A DNA stretch of 56,098 nucleotides, taken from positions 1-56,098 of IMG/VR virus record IMGVR_UViG_3300048625_000523, one strand, 5' to 3'. This DNA comes from a virus. Its lineage: Duplodnaviria > Caudoviricetes. Shown here piece by piece: positions 25,569-33,689 of this stretch. The position numbers were made by a program, and so were the translations under genes. Numbering within the stretch: the stretch's first letter is position 1; the number at the start of each line of letters is the position of its first letter. Below the pieces are notes generated by a model that searched no databases, was not told the origin of the DNA, and saw only the letters and a program-made list of their open reading frames with translations.

Positions 25569-25921
25569 CACACACCCCCTTTCCGCGCCGCAGCAATCCG
25601 CTGCTCTAGGCTCTTCAACTCCTCCTCGAAGGTGTGGTCGATGCACTGTTCGTCCAACTCATTCACAGCCCGAAACGCCACATCCACCGCTGCATCCGCA
25701 ATCTGCTGCAGCTCCTCAGCAACCCCTCTTGCAGCAGCAATGCGCACTTCTAACTCCGGGGGCAGCCCTACTTGCCTGCTGCGCTCAGCGTCGCGGTACG
25801 CAAGGGCTTCCGCCTTCGTAAAAAACACGCGTGCATCCGTGGAAAACTCACTGCGGTACGGCAGGTGTGTCTCAATGTAGCCGTCAGCCGACGACACATA
25901 GATAGTGCGATATTCAACCAT
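25568..25921 (-). CDS. Hypothetical early protein
   Basis: Strong SD GAGGAG. First gene after the promoter at 25968-25996. Confidence 0.65.
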   Translation of the reverse strand: MVEYRTIYVSSADGYIETHLPYRSEFSTDARVFFTKAEALAYRDAERSRQVGLPPELEVRIAAARGVAEELQQIADAAVDVAFRAVNELDEQCIDHTFEEELKSLEQRIAAARKGGV

Positions 25922-25967
25922 TTCTCAGCTCCTCATTTTGCGAGGCCTCGACGGAGACCTCAGTAAC

Positions 25968-25996
25968 AGTCTATGCCTCAATTCCGCGCTGGGCAA
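25968..25996 (-). promoter_or_regulatory. Sigma70-like promoter
   Basis: TTGCCC-N17-TAGACT. Confidence 0.7.
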
Positions 25997-26027
25997 GCTC
26001 TTTTACAAGCCCGCCCAGCCGTTTATT

Positions 26028-27017
26028 TCACGCAGAGAGGGCCAACTGCACGGCAGCCGCTTTGCGCCCAGCTCCAGCCCCGTACCATGCTTGGTACAAG
26101 CTGTGATCCACCGTCTTGCGCGTCCTGGCGGCAGCCAAGTCATAATCAACAGTCTCCGTCACGGCGTTCAACCACCCCCAAGCCGTGCCTGCCACTCCGG
26201 CGAGCTCCGCGCCTTTGCCCGCGCCGTCGAAGAGTGTGAGGATCTTCGTGTAAGCGGGGGACGCCTCAACCTTCCGAGCTGCGTCGGTTCCACGGCCTGC
26301 ACCGGGGGCGAGCAGTTGCAGCGTCATGTCGGCAGCTGCGAGGTCGGAAACACGCTTCTTTGCAAGGTCGCGAGCTGTGGAGATGAACTCTTTGAAGTTC
26401 CCTCGAGCCACACCCAGGGAGTCCTTCACTGCTGCCGGGTTGAACGTGGAGCGGTGCCCAATCTTCACGCCTTGCAGCTGTCCAGGTTGCATCGCCATCG
26501 ACAACGTATTGTTGCACACTACACGCACCGTCGTGAAGCGTGCATCCGTGGCGGTGGATCCGTCTGCACTGGTAGAAAGCAACAAGTACCCACCCACCAC
26601 ATCTTTGGGGGAGATAATTTTGGCCGACTCATTGATGCGAGCCAAAGCCCAGAACCGCTTGCCCTGGAACAACGTGCCTGCGGTCTCGAGTGTGAAGCCA
26701 TTATCCACCACAAGGTCGCTGAAGAACTCCAGCACCTCGGCAGGTTGCACCACTTTATACATGTCGGACACAATGCCCAATCCCTCTCCGGTGTCGGAGC
26801 GGTGCAGCACGCGCTGATTGTCGAAGGTGCGCAGGCCTTCGGGGGTGCTGTATGCCACAGCGGAAGATTGGATGCTCCAATCGAACCGTGCGGCTTGGAT
26901 CCAGGTGGGGATGTCAGCACCTTCGGGCAATTGTTGGCCCAATTGGTGCCACGGTGTGGTTCCTACGTAAGCCATTTCAGCCTTGTTGTCTGCGCGGATG
27001 GTAAGTTCGTGTGCCAT
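26028..27017 (-). CDS. DUF932 family phage/plasmid protein
   Basis: MAHEL...MAYVG.TPWHQLG, YKVVQP, ETAGTL..GKRFWALA, TVRVVCNNTL, GTAWG.LNAVTE. Confidence 0.9.
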   Translation of the reverse strand: MAHELTIRADNKAEMAYVGTTPWHQLGQQLPEGADIPTWIQAARFDWSIQSSAVAYSTPEGLRTFDNQRVLHRSDTGEGLGIVSDMYKVVQPAEVLEFFSDLVVDNGFTLETAGTLFQGKRFWALARINESAKIISPKDVVGGYLLLSTSADGSTATDARFTTVRVVCNNTLSMAMQPGQLQGVKIGHRSTFNPAAVKDSLGVARGNFKEFISTARDLAKKRVSDLAAADMTLQLLAPGAGRGTDAARKVEASPAYTKILTLFDGAGKGAELAGVAGTAWGWLNAVTETVDYDLAAARTRKTVDHSLYQAWYGAGAGRKAAAVQLALSA

Positions 27018-27060
27018 GGTTCTCAGCTCCTCTGTTTGTACTACGATTGACGGAGATATC

Positions 27061-27090
27061 AGTATGGACTCAAGTTACTGACTTGGGCAA
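27061..27090 (-). promoter_or_regulatory. Leftward early promoter
   Basis: TTGCCC-N18-CATACT. Confidence 0.6.
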
Positions 27091-27904
27091 AGTATTTTGA
27101 GAATATTTGTACGCTTGCCAGGCAGCCTTGAGATTCTCTAGACAAATAGATCTTTTGACGTTCAAAGTGGTTGCGCATCTCAGGGTCTCGGGGGCTGCGG
27201 ATGGGGTGTGGACATATCTGGGGTGGTATAAAAAGCAAGGCAAGCTTGAAAACACGGGAAAACCCTGATGAAAGTGGTGATATCCGTTTGGAATTAGAGT
27301 TTGGGGGTGAAAGTCAGTAAATCGACACGTTTTTAGCTGTTTTTATCAGTAAAACGCATGACGACAAAATAGACAAATAAGTTGGCGAAAACCTGCAATA
27401 TCCGAAACGCATACAAGGTTCGAAGACAATTTATTTGTCTGTCAAAACAAGGTAGAATGAATATCTGCGCGGGTTTGCGGCTGGTTCGCGGTTAGTTCTA
27501 CCGAGGTTGCAAAAGGCGAACTAGCGGAGACGCTGTGGAGGCGCGGGTTGCTACGGTTTTTTAGATTAAAAAAAGCTTGGTTCGTCTTTTTTACGTCCAT
27601 TACTATATATATATATTACTATACTCTTACTGATATCTCTCTTCTCCTTCCTCTCTAATAATAAAAGAAAAAGAAGAACCACTACTTTTCTCTCTCCTCT
27701 CAGCCCCGAGACCCGCGATCCTACACGCTTTGCGACTGTTCTTCTTCTGCGCCCATTGGACGACGTCATTTACCCTCCAATCGCCCGCAGACCCTGGGTA
27801 CTCCGGTGTCTGCGATAGTTCGCCTTTCTTAAAAAAGACGAACTGCATCTAACTTATGCGAACGGCATATGCTTACGGGATATTGCGGATTCTCAACAAA
27901 TTTA

Positions 27905-27933
27905 TTGCCCAAGTCAGTAAGTTGAGCCAGAGT
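27905..27933 (+). promoter_or_regulatory. Rightward promoter, an inverted copy of the leftward one
   Basis: TTGCCC-N17-CAGAGT. 21/22 identical to the reverse complement of 27069-27090. Confidence 0.55.
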
Positions 27934-27984
27934 TCGTCTTACCGACTTGCCGGATCGCAAGAACTTTCCAAATTGGAGAACACC

Positions 27985-28218
27985 ATGGCCTACACCACAA
28001 TCCGTACCCAAGTTCTGAAGCCTGCGAATGTCGAAGCTGCGAAGCGTGGCTTCCTGAAGACGTTGTGCGACTACGTTGCCAAGAATGGCGACGTACCGAC
28101 ATCGAAGCTGGTGAAGCGATTTGCAGGCAAGACCGACGGCAGCAAGGTTGTTTCGACTGAGCGTGTCGTGCGGTATGCGTACTACGCAGTTCAGCATGGC
28201 TTGCTGACTGCGCACTGA
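27985..28218 (+). CDS. Small basic putative DNA-binding protein
   Basis: SD GGAG. Has its own promoter and terminator. Resembles the C-terminus of 8643-9299. Confidence 0.7.
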   Translation: MAYTTIRTQVLKPANVEAAKRGFLKTLCDYVAKNGDVPTSKLVKRFAGKTDGSKVVSTERVVRYAYYAVQHGLLTAH

Positions 28219-28248
28219 GCTCTCCTCGTCGCCAAGTGCGGCGCTTGA

Positions 28249-28282
28249 CCCAGCCCTGGGGCAGCCTGGGGCTGGGCTTTTT
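28249..28282 (+). terminator. Rho-independent terminator
   Basis: CCCAGCCC...GGGCTGGG followed by CTTTTT. Confidence 0.75.
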
Positions 28283-28286
28283 ACAT

Positions 28287-28315
28287 TTGCCGGCAGCGCA
28301 GCGCTGCGGTATAAA
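28287..28315 (+). promoter_or_regulatory. Promoter for the terminase operon
   Basis: TTGCCG-N17-TATAAA. Confidence 0.5.
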
Positions 28316-28321
28316 CGCCGC

Positions 28322-28735
28322 ATGGCCTCCACACGCGCATCCAAACCGGCTCAACGCCTGACACCACTGGCGAGCACAGGCACGTTCATCACCGAACAAG
28401 GTGTGATCGTCGATGCTCGGGGTGTCGGCATCTCATTTCAACAGTTGCAATCGCAAGACGATACGTACTTTGCCGAAGTGCTGGGTAAGTCGGTCGAGAC
28501 ACCCGCTGAGCTGCTGAAAGCCGTGGCCCTGGACCCTCGGCAACCGTTGGCGCGAAGATTGGCGTGTGCCAAGGACGCCGCGCCGTACTTCGACAAGAAG
28601 ACGCCAGTGATGATCGAAACGCCTGCTGAAGACCCGACGAAACTTATGGACTTGTCGAAGCTGACGGACAAAGAGCTGGGGCAATTCCTGGTGCTTGCTG
28701 AGAAACTAGGGCTTTCACCTACGGAGAAGGGTTGA
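28322..28735 (+). CDS. terS: Terminase small subunit (putative)
   Basis: Directly upstream of terL. Contains RLACAKDAAPYF and DLSKLTDKEL. Confidence 0.65.
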   Translation: MASTRASKPAQRLTPLASTGTFITEQGVIVDARGVGISFQQLQSQDDTYFAEVLGKSVETPAELLKAVALDPRQPLARRLACAKDAAPYFDKKTPVMIETPAEDPTKLMDLSKLTDKELGQFLVLAEKLGLSPTEKG

Positions 28736-30393
28736 TGCGTACAGCCCGCGAGAAGCCCTCCAAGACCGTCGAAGCCCCCTCCCCCTCAGGAACCGTTGAA
28801 AAATCGCCTCTACGGGCTGAGAAGGGCCTTGCAACGGGGGTTCTGAGCCTCTCGCCTTCCGTTATCCGCGCAGCCCAGCGTGAAAAGCGTCGCCGCGACG
28901 CAGCCAAGGATCTGCGCTCCTTCACCCGAGCGTCGTGGCCCACCATCGAACCTGGGTGTCAGTTCGTGTCGGGGTGGCACTTGGACGCAATCTCAGAGCA
29001 CTTGGAAGCTGTGTTGAATCGGCAAATACGATTCTTGGTCATCAACATGCCGCCACGCCACATGAAGTCGATCAGCGCAGCAGTGCTGCTGACACCCTAC
29101 GCGTGGATTCGCAATCCGTCGCACCAATTCCTGTACTCGTCATACGCAAAAGACCTCGCAGTCCGCGACAGCGTCAAGTCGCGCAGGCTGATCCAATCGC
29201 CGTGGTTCCAAGAGCTGTGGGGCGACGTGTTCCAACTGGCGGGAGACCAGAATGCCAAGACCCGCTTCGAGAACACACACAATGGGCACAGGCTCTGTTG
29301 CTCCACGGGCTCAGCCACTACGGGCGAAGGTGGCGACACGTTGGTGATGGACGACCCCCACAACGCGATGGAAGCACAGAGTGACGTCATGCGCAAGAGC
29401 GACCTGGAATGGTATGACCAAGGATTCAGCACTCGACACAACAACCCCAAGACCGGAGCCACGGTGTGCGTGATGCAGAGGCTCCACGAGAACGACATGA
29501 CCGGACACTTGTTGGAGATGGGTGGGTGGGAGCACCTGTGCTTGCCTGCCGAGTACGACGGACGGCGCATCGTGACCAGTATAGGATGGGTGGATCCACG
29601 TAAAGAACAGGGTGAGTTGCTGTGGCCCGAGCGGTTCGACACGAAGGAGCTGGCACGGCTGAAGAAGCCTCTTGGGGACTACGGTGTCGCAGGGCAATTG
29701 CAGCAGCGACCCGATCCGGCCACGGGTGGCATCATCAACGCAGCGAAGATTCGCTTGTGGCCTGCGAAGTCTCCGTTGCCCGACTTCAGCGCCGTCATAC
29801 AGAGCTACGACACAGCGTTGGATGAGAACGAAATGAACGACTACACAGCGTGCGTCGTGCTTGGGTTGTTCGAACATAAAGGGCGCATTCGTGTGATGCT
29901 TGTGGATGCGTGGCACGAGCGGCTGGGGTACGACAAGCTGCGCCCCCGAGTCAAAAAGGACATAGAGGACAACGCATACGGAGAAGAGGAGATGGCCAAG
30001 CGTGCGGACTACGCACTCATCGAGCGCAAGGGCTCAGGCATCAGCCTCATCCAAGACCTCGCAGGCCGTGCGCGCAACCGCATTCGAGGCTATAATCCAG
30101 GCAGCTTGGACAAAGTAGCTCGTGCCCGCTTGGTGGCCCCACTCATTGACGACGAATTGGTGTTTGTGTGTGAGAGCACCAAGAACCCAGGACAATGGGC
30201 AAACTGGGCTGCGTGGCTGCACAAAGAGTTGCGGCAATTCCCAGTGGGTGAACATGACGACGGAGTAGATGCATTGGTGCAAGGTCTGCGGCACTTGCAT
30301 GTTGAAGGATTCATCACTATCTCCGACGACATTGAAGAGCCTGACGAGTTCGCAGAGGAGCGAGCCCCGAGGGTCAATCCGTACGCAGCATAA
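28732..30393 (+). CDS. terL: Terminase large subunit
   Basis: INMPPRHMKS, TGEGGD.LVMDDPH, MQRLHEND, QSYDTA, FPVGEHDDGVDA. Confidence 0.95.
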   Translation: MMRTAREKPSKTVEAPSPSGTVEKSPLRAEKGLATGVLSLSPSVIRAAQREKRRRDAAKDLRSFTRASWPTIEPGCQFVSGWHLDAISEHLEAVLNRQIRFLVINMPPRHMKSISAAVLLTPYAWIRNPSHQFLYSSYAKDLAVRDSVKSRRLIQSPWFQELWGDVFQLAGDQNAKTRFENTHNGHRLCCSTGSATTGEGGDTLVMDDPHNAMEAQSDVMRKSDLEWYDQGFSTRHNNPKTGATVCVMQRLHENDMTGHLLEMGGWEHLCLPAEYDGRRIVTSIGWVDPRKEQGELLWPERFDTKELARLKKPLGDYGVAGQLQQRPDPATGGIINAAKIRLWPAKSPLPDFSAVIQSYDTALDENEMNDYTACVVLGLFEHKGRIRVMLVDAWHERLGYDKLRPRVKKDIEDNAYGEEEMAKRADYALIERKGSGISLIQDLAGRARNRIRGYNPGSLDKVARARLVAPLIDDELVFVCESTKNPGQWANWAAWLHKELRQFPVGEHDDGVDALVQGLRHLHVEGFITISDDIEEPDEFAEERAPRVNPYAA

Positions 30394-30407
30394 CAGAGGA
30401 GTTGAGA

Positions 30408-30683
30408 ATGATCGGCATGAATTTTGGCGAAGCAATCGAAGCACTGAAAGCAGGCCGCAAAGTGGCGCGTGCTGGGTGGAATGGCAAAGGCATGTGGCTT
30501 GTGCTAGTGCCTGCAAGCCAACCCACGTTGCGCGAAGGCTCTGTGTACCACGAAGCCCTGAGCGGCGCAGGCACTTGCCACATCAATGCACATATTGACA
30601 TGTTCACCGCCACGGGCGATATGCAGCCAGGGTGGCTCGCATCACAATCAGACATGCTTGCTGAAGATTGGAGCACGGTATGA
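30408..30683 (+). CDS. tad2: DUF2829 / Thoeris anti-defence Tad2-like protein
   Basis: MNFGEAIEALKAGRKVARAGWNGKGMWL...GWLASQSDMLAEDW. Confidence 0.85.
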   Translation: MIGMNFGEAIEALKAGRKVARAGWNGKGMWLVLVPASQPTLREGSVYHEALSGAGTCHINAHIDMFTATGDMQPGWLASQSDMLAEDWSTV

Positions 30684-30931
30684 AGACACCAGTGTTCGAT
30701 CCGCAGCGCGACGGCAATCCGTTCGCATGGATTGTGAAGACAGCGCAGACCCTGAGGTCTCAGGCTCGAGAACAGCACAACCTGGATAGCCTGCTTGTCG
30801 CGCCGCTGCTTTCGAAGTATGAGGAACAGCTGCGGGAACGGATCCGCACGTTTGAGAGGCTCGATGCCAAGGTCTCCAAGCGTGCACACCCACCCAGAGG
30901 TGTGACGAGGATGGCAGACTGGAATATGTAG
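30680..30931 (+). CDS. Hypothetical protein
   Basis: ATGA overlap with tad2. Confidence 0.55.
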   Translation: MKTPVFDPQRDGNPFAWIVKTAQTLRSQAREQHNLDSLLVAPLLSKYEEQLRERIRTFERLDAKVSKRAHPPRGVTRMADWNM

Positions 30932-30941
30932 GAGGTGCACC

Positions 30942-33689
30942 ATGGGAGTGTTGGACAGAATTGCCAAGATTGCTACGAAGGCATCCTCGGACGCAGGAAA
31001 CCTTGCCCGCAAAGGTGCAACCTCTCTCGCTGACACAGCTGCAACTCAAATTGAGCAGGGCAAAGGCATCCTTGGGCGCATTCAGAATCCTATGCAGCTG
31101 CGCAACGCAGGGCTTGGACCAAATAAAGTTGTGCGCACGAGGTCTCAACCCATTGTGAATTGGAAGTCTACAGAACCTGGCATATTTCACAACCCTGTAG
31201 ATAGTGAATTACGCACACCAGTATTGCGCCCAGACCAGTATGGACGAGAAACAAGCCCCACTCCGCACCCAGTCAAGCAGTGGGTAGACAGTGTGTTGGG
31301 AAAGTACTACACGCGAGACATTGGGACTGCAGAAGACCCCATTTTGCAGCTGCTACGTGCGGGCGAACCAATTCACAAAGAAATGACAGGGTGGGCTCCT
31401 GTACACAGGCTGCCAAGCATAGAAACTGAACCCAATGGCTTGGCTGCTGAGTGGGCTGCGGAGTCAGACAACATGCTCACGCGCAGATCACCTCGAGAAT
31501 TGAAGAGACTGTTCGCGAATCGCGGGCGACACATTCCCAAGTGGTTGGCATTTGCGGAAGACAAGCCAATGCTGGTGCTAGATGAAGGCGACAACACAGA
31601 CCTTGGCTTCCAACACATTGTGGACTACTTGAACAATCAACTCAACACAGGACAATTGCGTCCTGAGCAGCTGAGCAAGGTCAGTCTCAAACAAGCAGTG
31701 CAAGGCACAGCCAAGTGGAACAAGCAATTGGCGAAACAGAAGGAAGTTGAGGGTTTGAAAGCCATCCGAGGTGTGTACAAGGAGTACCCCGAAGGATACA
31801 AGTGGGTTGAGGTTGCTCCGGAAGGTCTGGCAGCTGAGGGTGCTGCTATGAAGCACTGCGTGGGCGGCTACTGCGACGACGTGGAGAGCGGATACACGAA
31901 GATTTACTCGCTGAGGGATCCCAGTGGGAAGCCGGTGACGACGGTGGAGATAGACACACGACCAGGGTTCTCGGGTGATGTGCTTATGCGGGACGACGAT
32001 TTGAATTCCACAGGGTACGATGCATGGCGAGGGTTTTTAGACAGAGAAGATCGAAATTTGGCGCTTCCAGAATACTTGAAGAAGCACCATCCTAAAGTTT
32101 ACGAACGACACGCAGCACCTAAAATTCTGCAAATCAAAAGCCCAGCCAATGGTGCTCCGAAACCTGAGTATCTGAAATACGTACAAGACTTCGTACGCAG
32201 TGGCAAGTGGGGTAGCGTGGAAGATCTGAAAAATGCAGGCATGTACAATGCACCAGGAAAATTCTGGGATGCTTCACAAGCTAATCGCAGCAAGGTTGTG
32301 CCGTACAATGTAGGCGCGAATGGACAACCGCTGCCGATGATACCTGAAGGGTACTACACTGAAGAAGATTTAGCCAACATGTTCACCCCCAAGCAAAACA
32401 TTCCTTCGCGCGACACAGGGCCTGAGGAGTTTGCAGAAGGTGGCTTCGTGCGCACAAATGCAGGGAACCCGAGACAAGTGCGAAACGCAGAGGTGGTTGA
32501 ACCGCTGACACAGCTGCCGAAGATGTTCGCGGGAGCTGCCCGAGGTGCTGTAAAGACAGCTGTGACGTGGCCAGGAGAGTTGGAGCGTATTGCGCTAGAT
32601 TTGGCGTATAAACGCGACAATGACACGCCTGTGGAGAATACTGAGTTGCACGAGGTACAAGGCCCACTACGTATCCGAGCCCCGAGTACCGGAGTATTGT
32701 CGAAGAATGTACTGTCGGACGACGTTATCAACGCGTACGGGAACATTCCCAATTCCACGGAGCGGTGGCGGAGCGGGCACGGCAGCACGAAGACATGGTT
32801 GCCCACTGGCGAAGATTTTGACCGCGTGTTACCCGCAACGCCAAAGATTCAGAACACTGGGTATGGCGCAGCTGTGAATCCGTACGAACAAATTGGTGAA
32901 GCCTTCATGCTCTCACCACAACAAGTTGGCAGAGGAGCCAAGACGCTACTGGACGCGACACGGATGGAACTGGGCAAGGTGCTGCCACAGCGCACAGTGG
33001 CGACGACAGCTTTGGCGCACAGAGCTGCACCTATAGCCCGCCCAAGCACAAGAGCCGTCGGGGTAGACACATCAACCACAGCGCACACAGTCATGCCTGT
33101 AGTCGGTCTGCCGTTCGTATCCGAAGGTGCCACACAAAAGTTTGCTAAGGGTGGTCTGGTGGTGCCACAAGACCTGACAGCCAAGCTCGAAGATATGTAC
33201 AAACTACCCACAGGGTTGCTTGCAGCAGTGGCGAAGGTGGAGTCCAACAATGATCCCGAAGCAGTGTCGCCCAAAGGTGCGCAAGGGTTGATGCAGCTTA
33301 TGCCGCAGACAGCTAAGATGCTTGAGGTGGATCCAACCAACCCGGTGGAAGCATTGCATGGCGGGGCGAAGTATTTGGCGATGCTGCAACACAGGTTCGG
33401 CGACTTGCCCACAGCCTTGGCTGCGTGGAACTGGGGGCCTGGCAACGTGGCGAAGCACGGAGTGGAAGCGCTGCCACAAGAAACAATGCAGTTTGTGCAC
33501 AAAGTGATGCAGAAGTTGCGCAAAGAAGAACCTGCGCAGCCGAAACAACAACCGTTTGAACCAATCTCATTGGGCGAGCACGGCAGCATTGAGGACGAGG
33601 ATGAAATGTCCGAGGTGTTGCTTGCACTACTAGACGAACAAGACGAACCACAGCAAGAAGACGAGGAAAATTATGCCGACGCAGCCTGA
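30942..33689 (+). CDS. Multidomain protein: PcfJ-like domain plus C-terminal lytic transglycosylase (SLT)
   Basis: EGAAMKHCVGGY...IYSLRD...TVEI. VESNN...AVSPKGAQGLMQLMP...ALAAWNWGPGNV. Confidence 0.85.
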   Translation: MGVLDRIAKIATKASSDAGNLARKGATSLADTAATQIEQGKGILGRIQNPMQLRNAGLGPNKVVRTRSQPIVNWKSTEPGIFHNPVDSELRTPVLRPDQYGRETSPTPHPVKQWVDSVLGKYYTRDIGTAEDPILQLLRAGEPIHKEMTGWAPVHRLPSIETEPNGLAAEWAAESDNMLTRRSPRELKRLFANRGRHIPKWLAFAEDKPMLVLDEGDNTDLGFQHIVDYLNNQLNTGQLRPEQLSKVSLKQAVQGTAKWNKQLAKQKEVEGLKAIRGVYKEYPEGYKWVEVAPEGLAAEGAAMKHCVGGYCDDVESGYTKIYSLRDPSGKPVTTVEIDTRPGFSGDVLMRDDDLNSTGYDAWRGFLDREDRNLALPEYLKKHHPKVYERHAAPKILQIKSPANGAPKPEYLKYVQDFVRSGKWGSVEDLKNAGMYNAPGKFWDASQANRSKVVPYNVGANGQPLPMIPEGYYTEEDLANMFTPKQNIPSRDTGPEEFAEGGFVRTNAGNPRQVRNAEVVEPLTQLPKMFAGAARGAVKTAVTWPGELERIALDLAYKRDNDTPVENTELHEVQGPLRIRAPSTGVLSKNVLSDDVINAYGNIPNSTERWRSGHGSTKTWLPTGEDFDRVLPATPKIQNTGYGAAVNPYEQIGEAFMLSPQQVGRGAKTLLDATRMELGKVLPQRTVATTALAHRAAPIARPSTRAVGVDTSTTAHTVMPVVGLPFVSEGATQKFAKGGLVVPQDLTAKLEDMYKLPTGLLAAVAKVESNNDPEAVSPKGAQGLMQLMPQTAKMLEVDPTNPVEALHGGAKYLAMLQHRFGDLPTALAAWNWGPGNVAKHGVEALPQETMQFVHKVMQKLRKEEPAQPKQQPFEPISLGEHGSIEDEDEMSEVLLALLDEQDEPQQEDEENYADAA

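Noticed and set aside
24567-27050. Long plus-strand ORFs (437 aa and 381 aa), and also 22105-23037 and 20525-21352
   Set aside because: These are antisense shadows of minus-strand genes that have SDs and recognisable motifs. They show no protein-like features.
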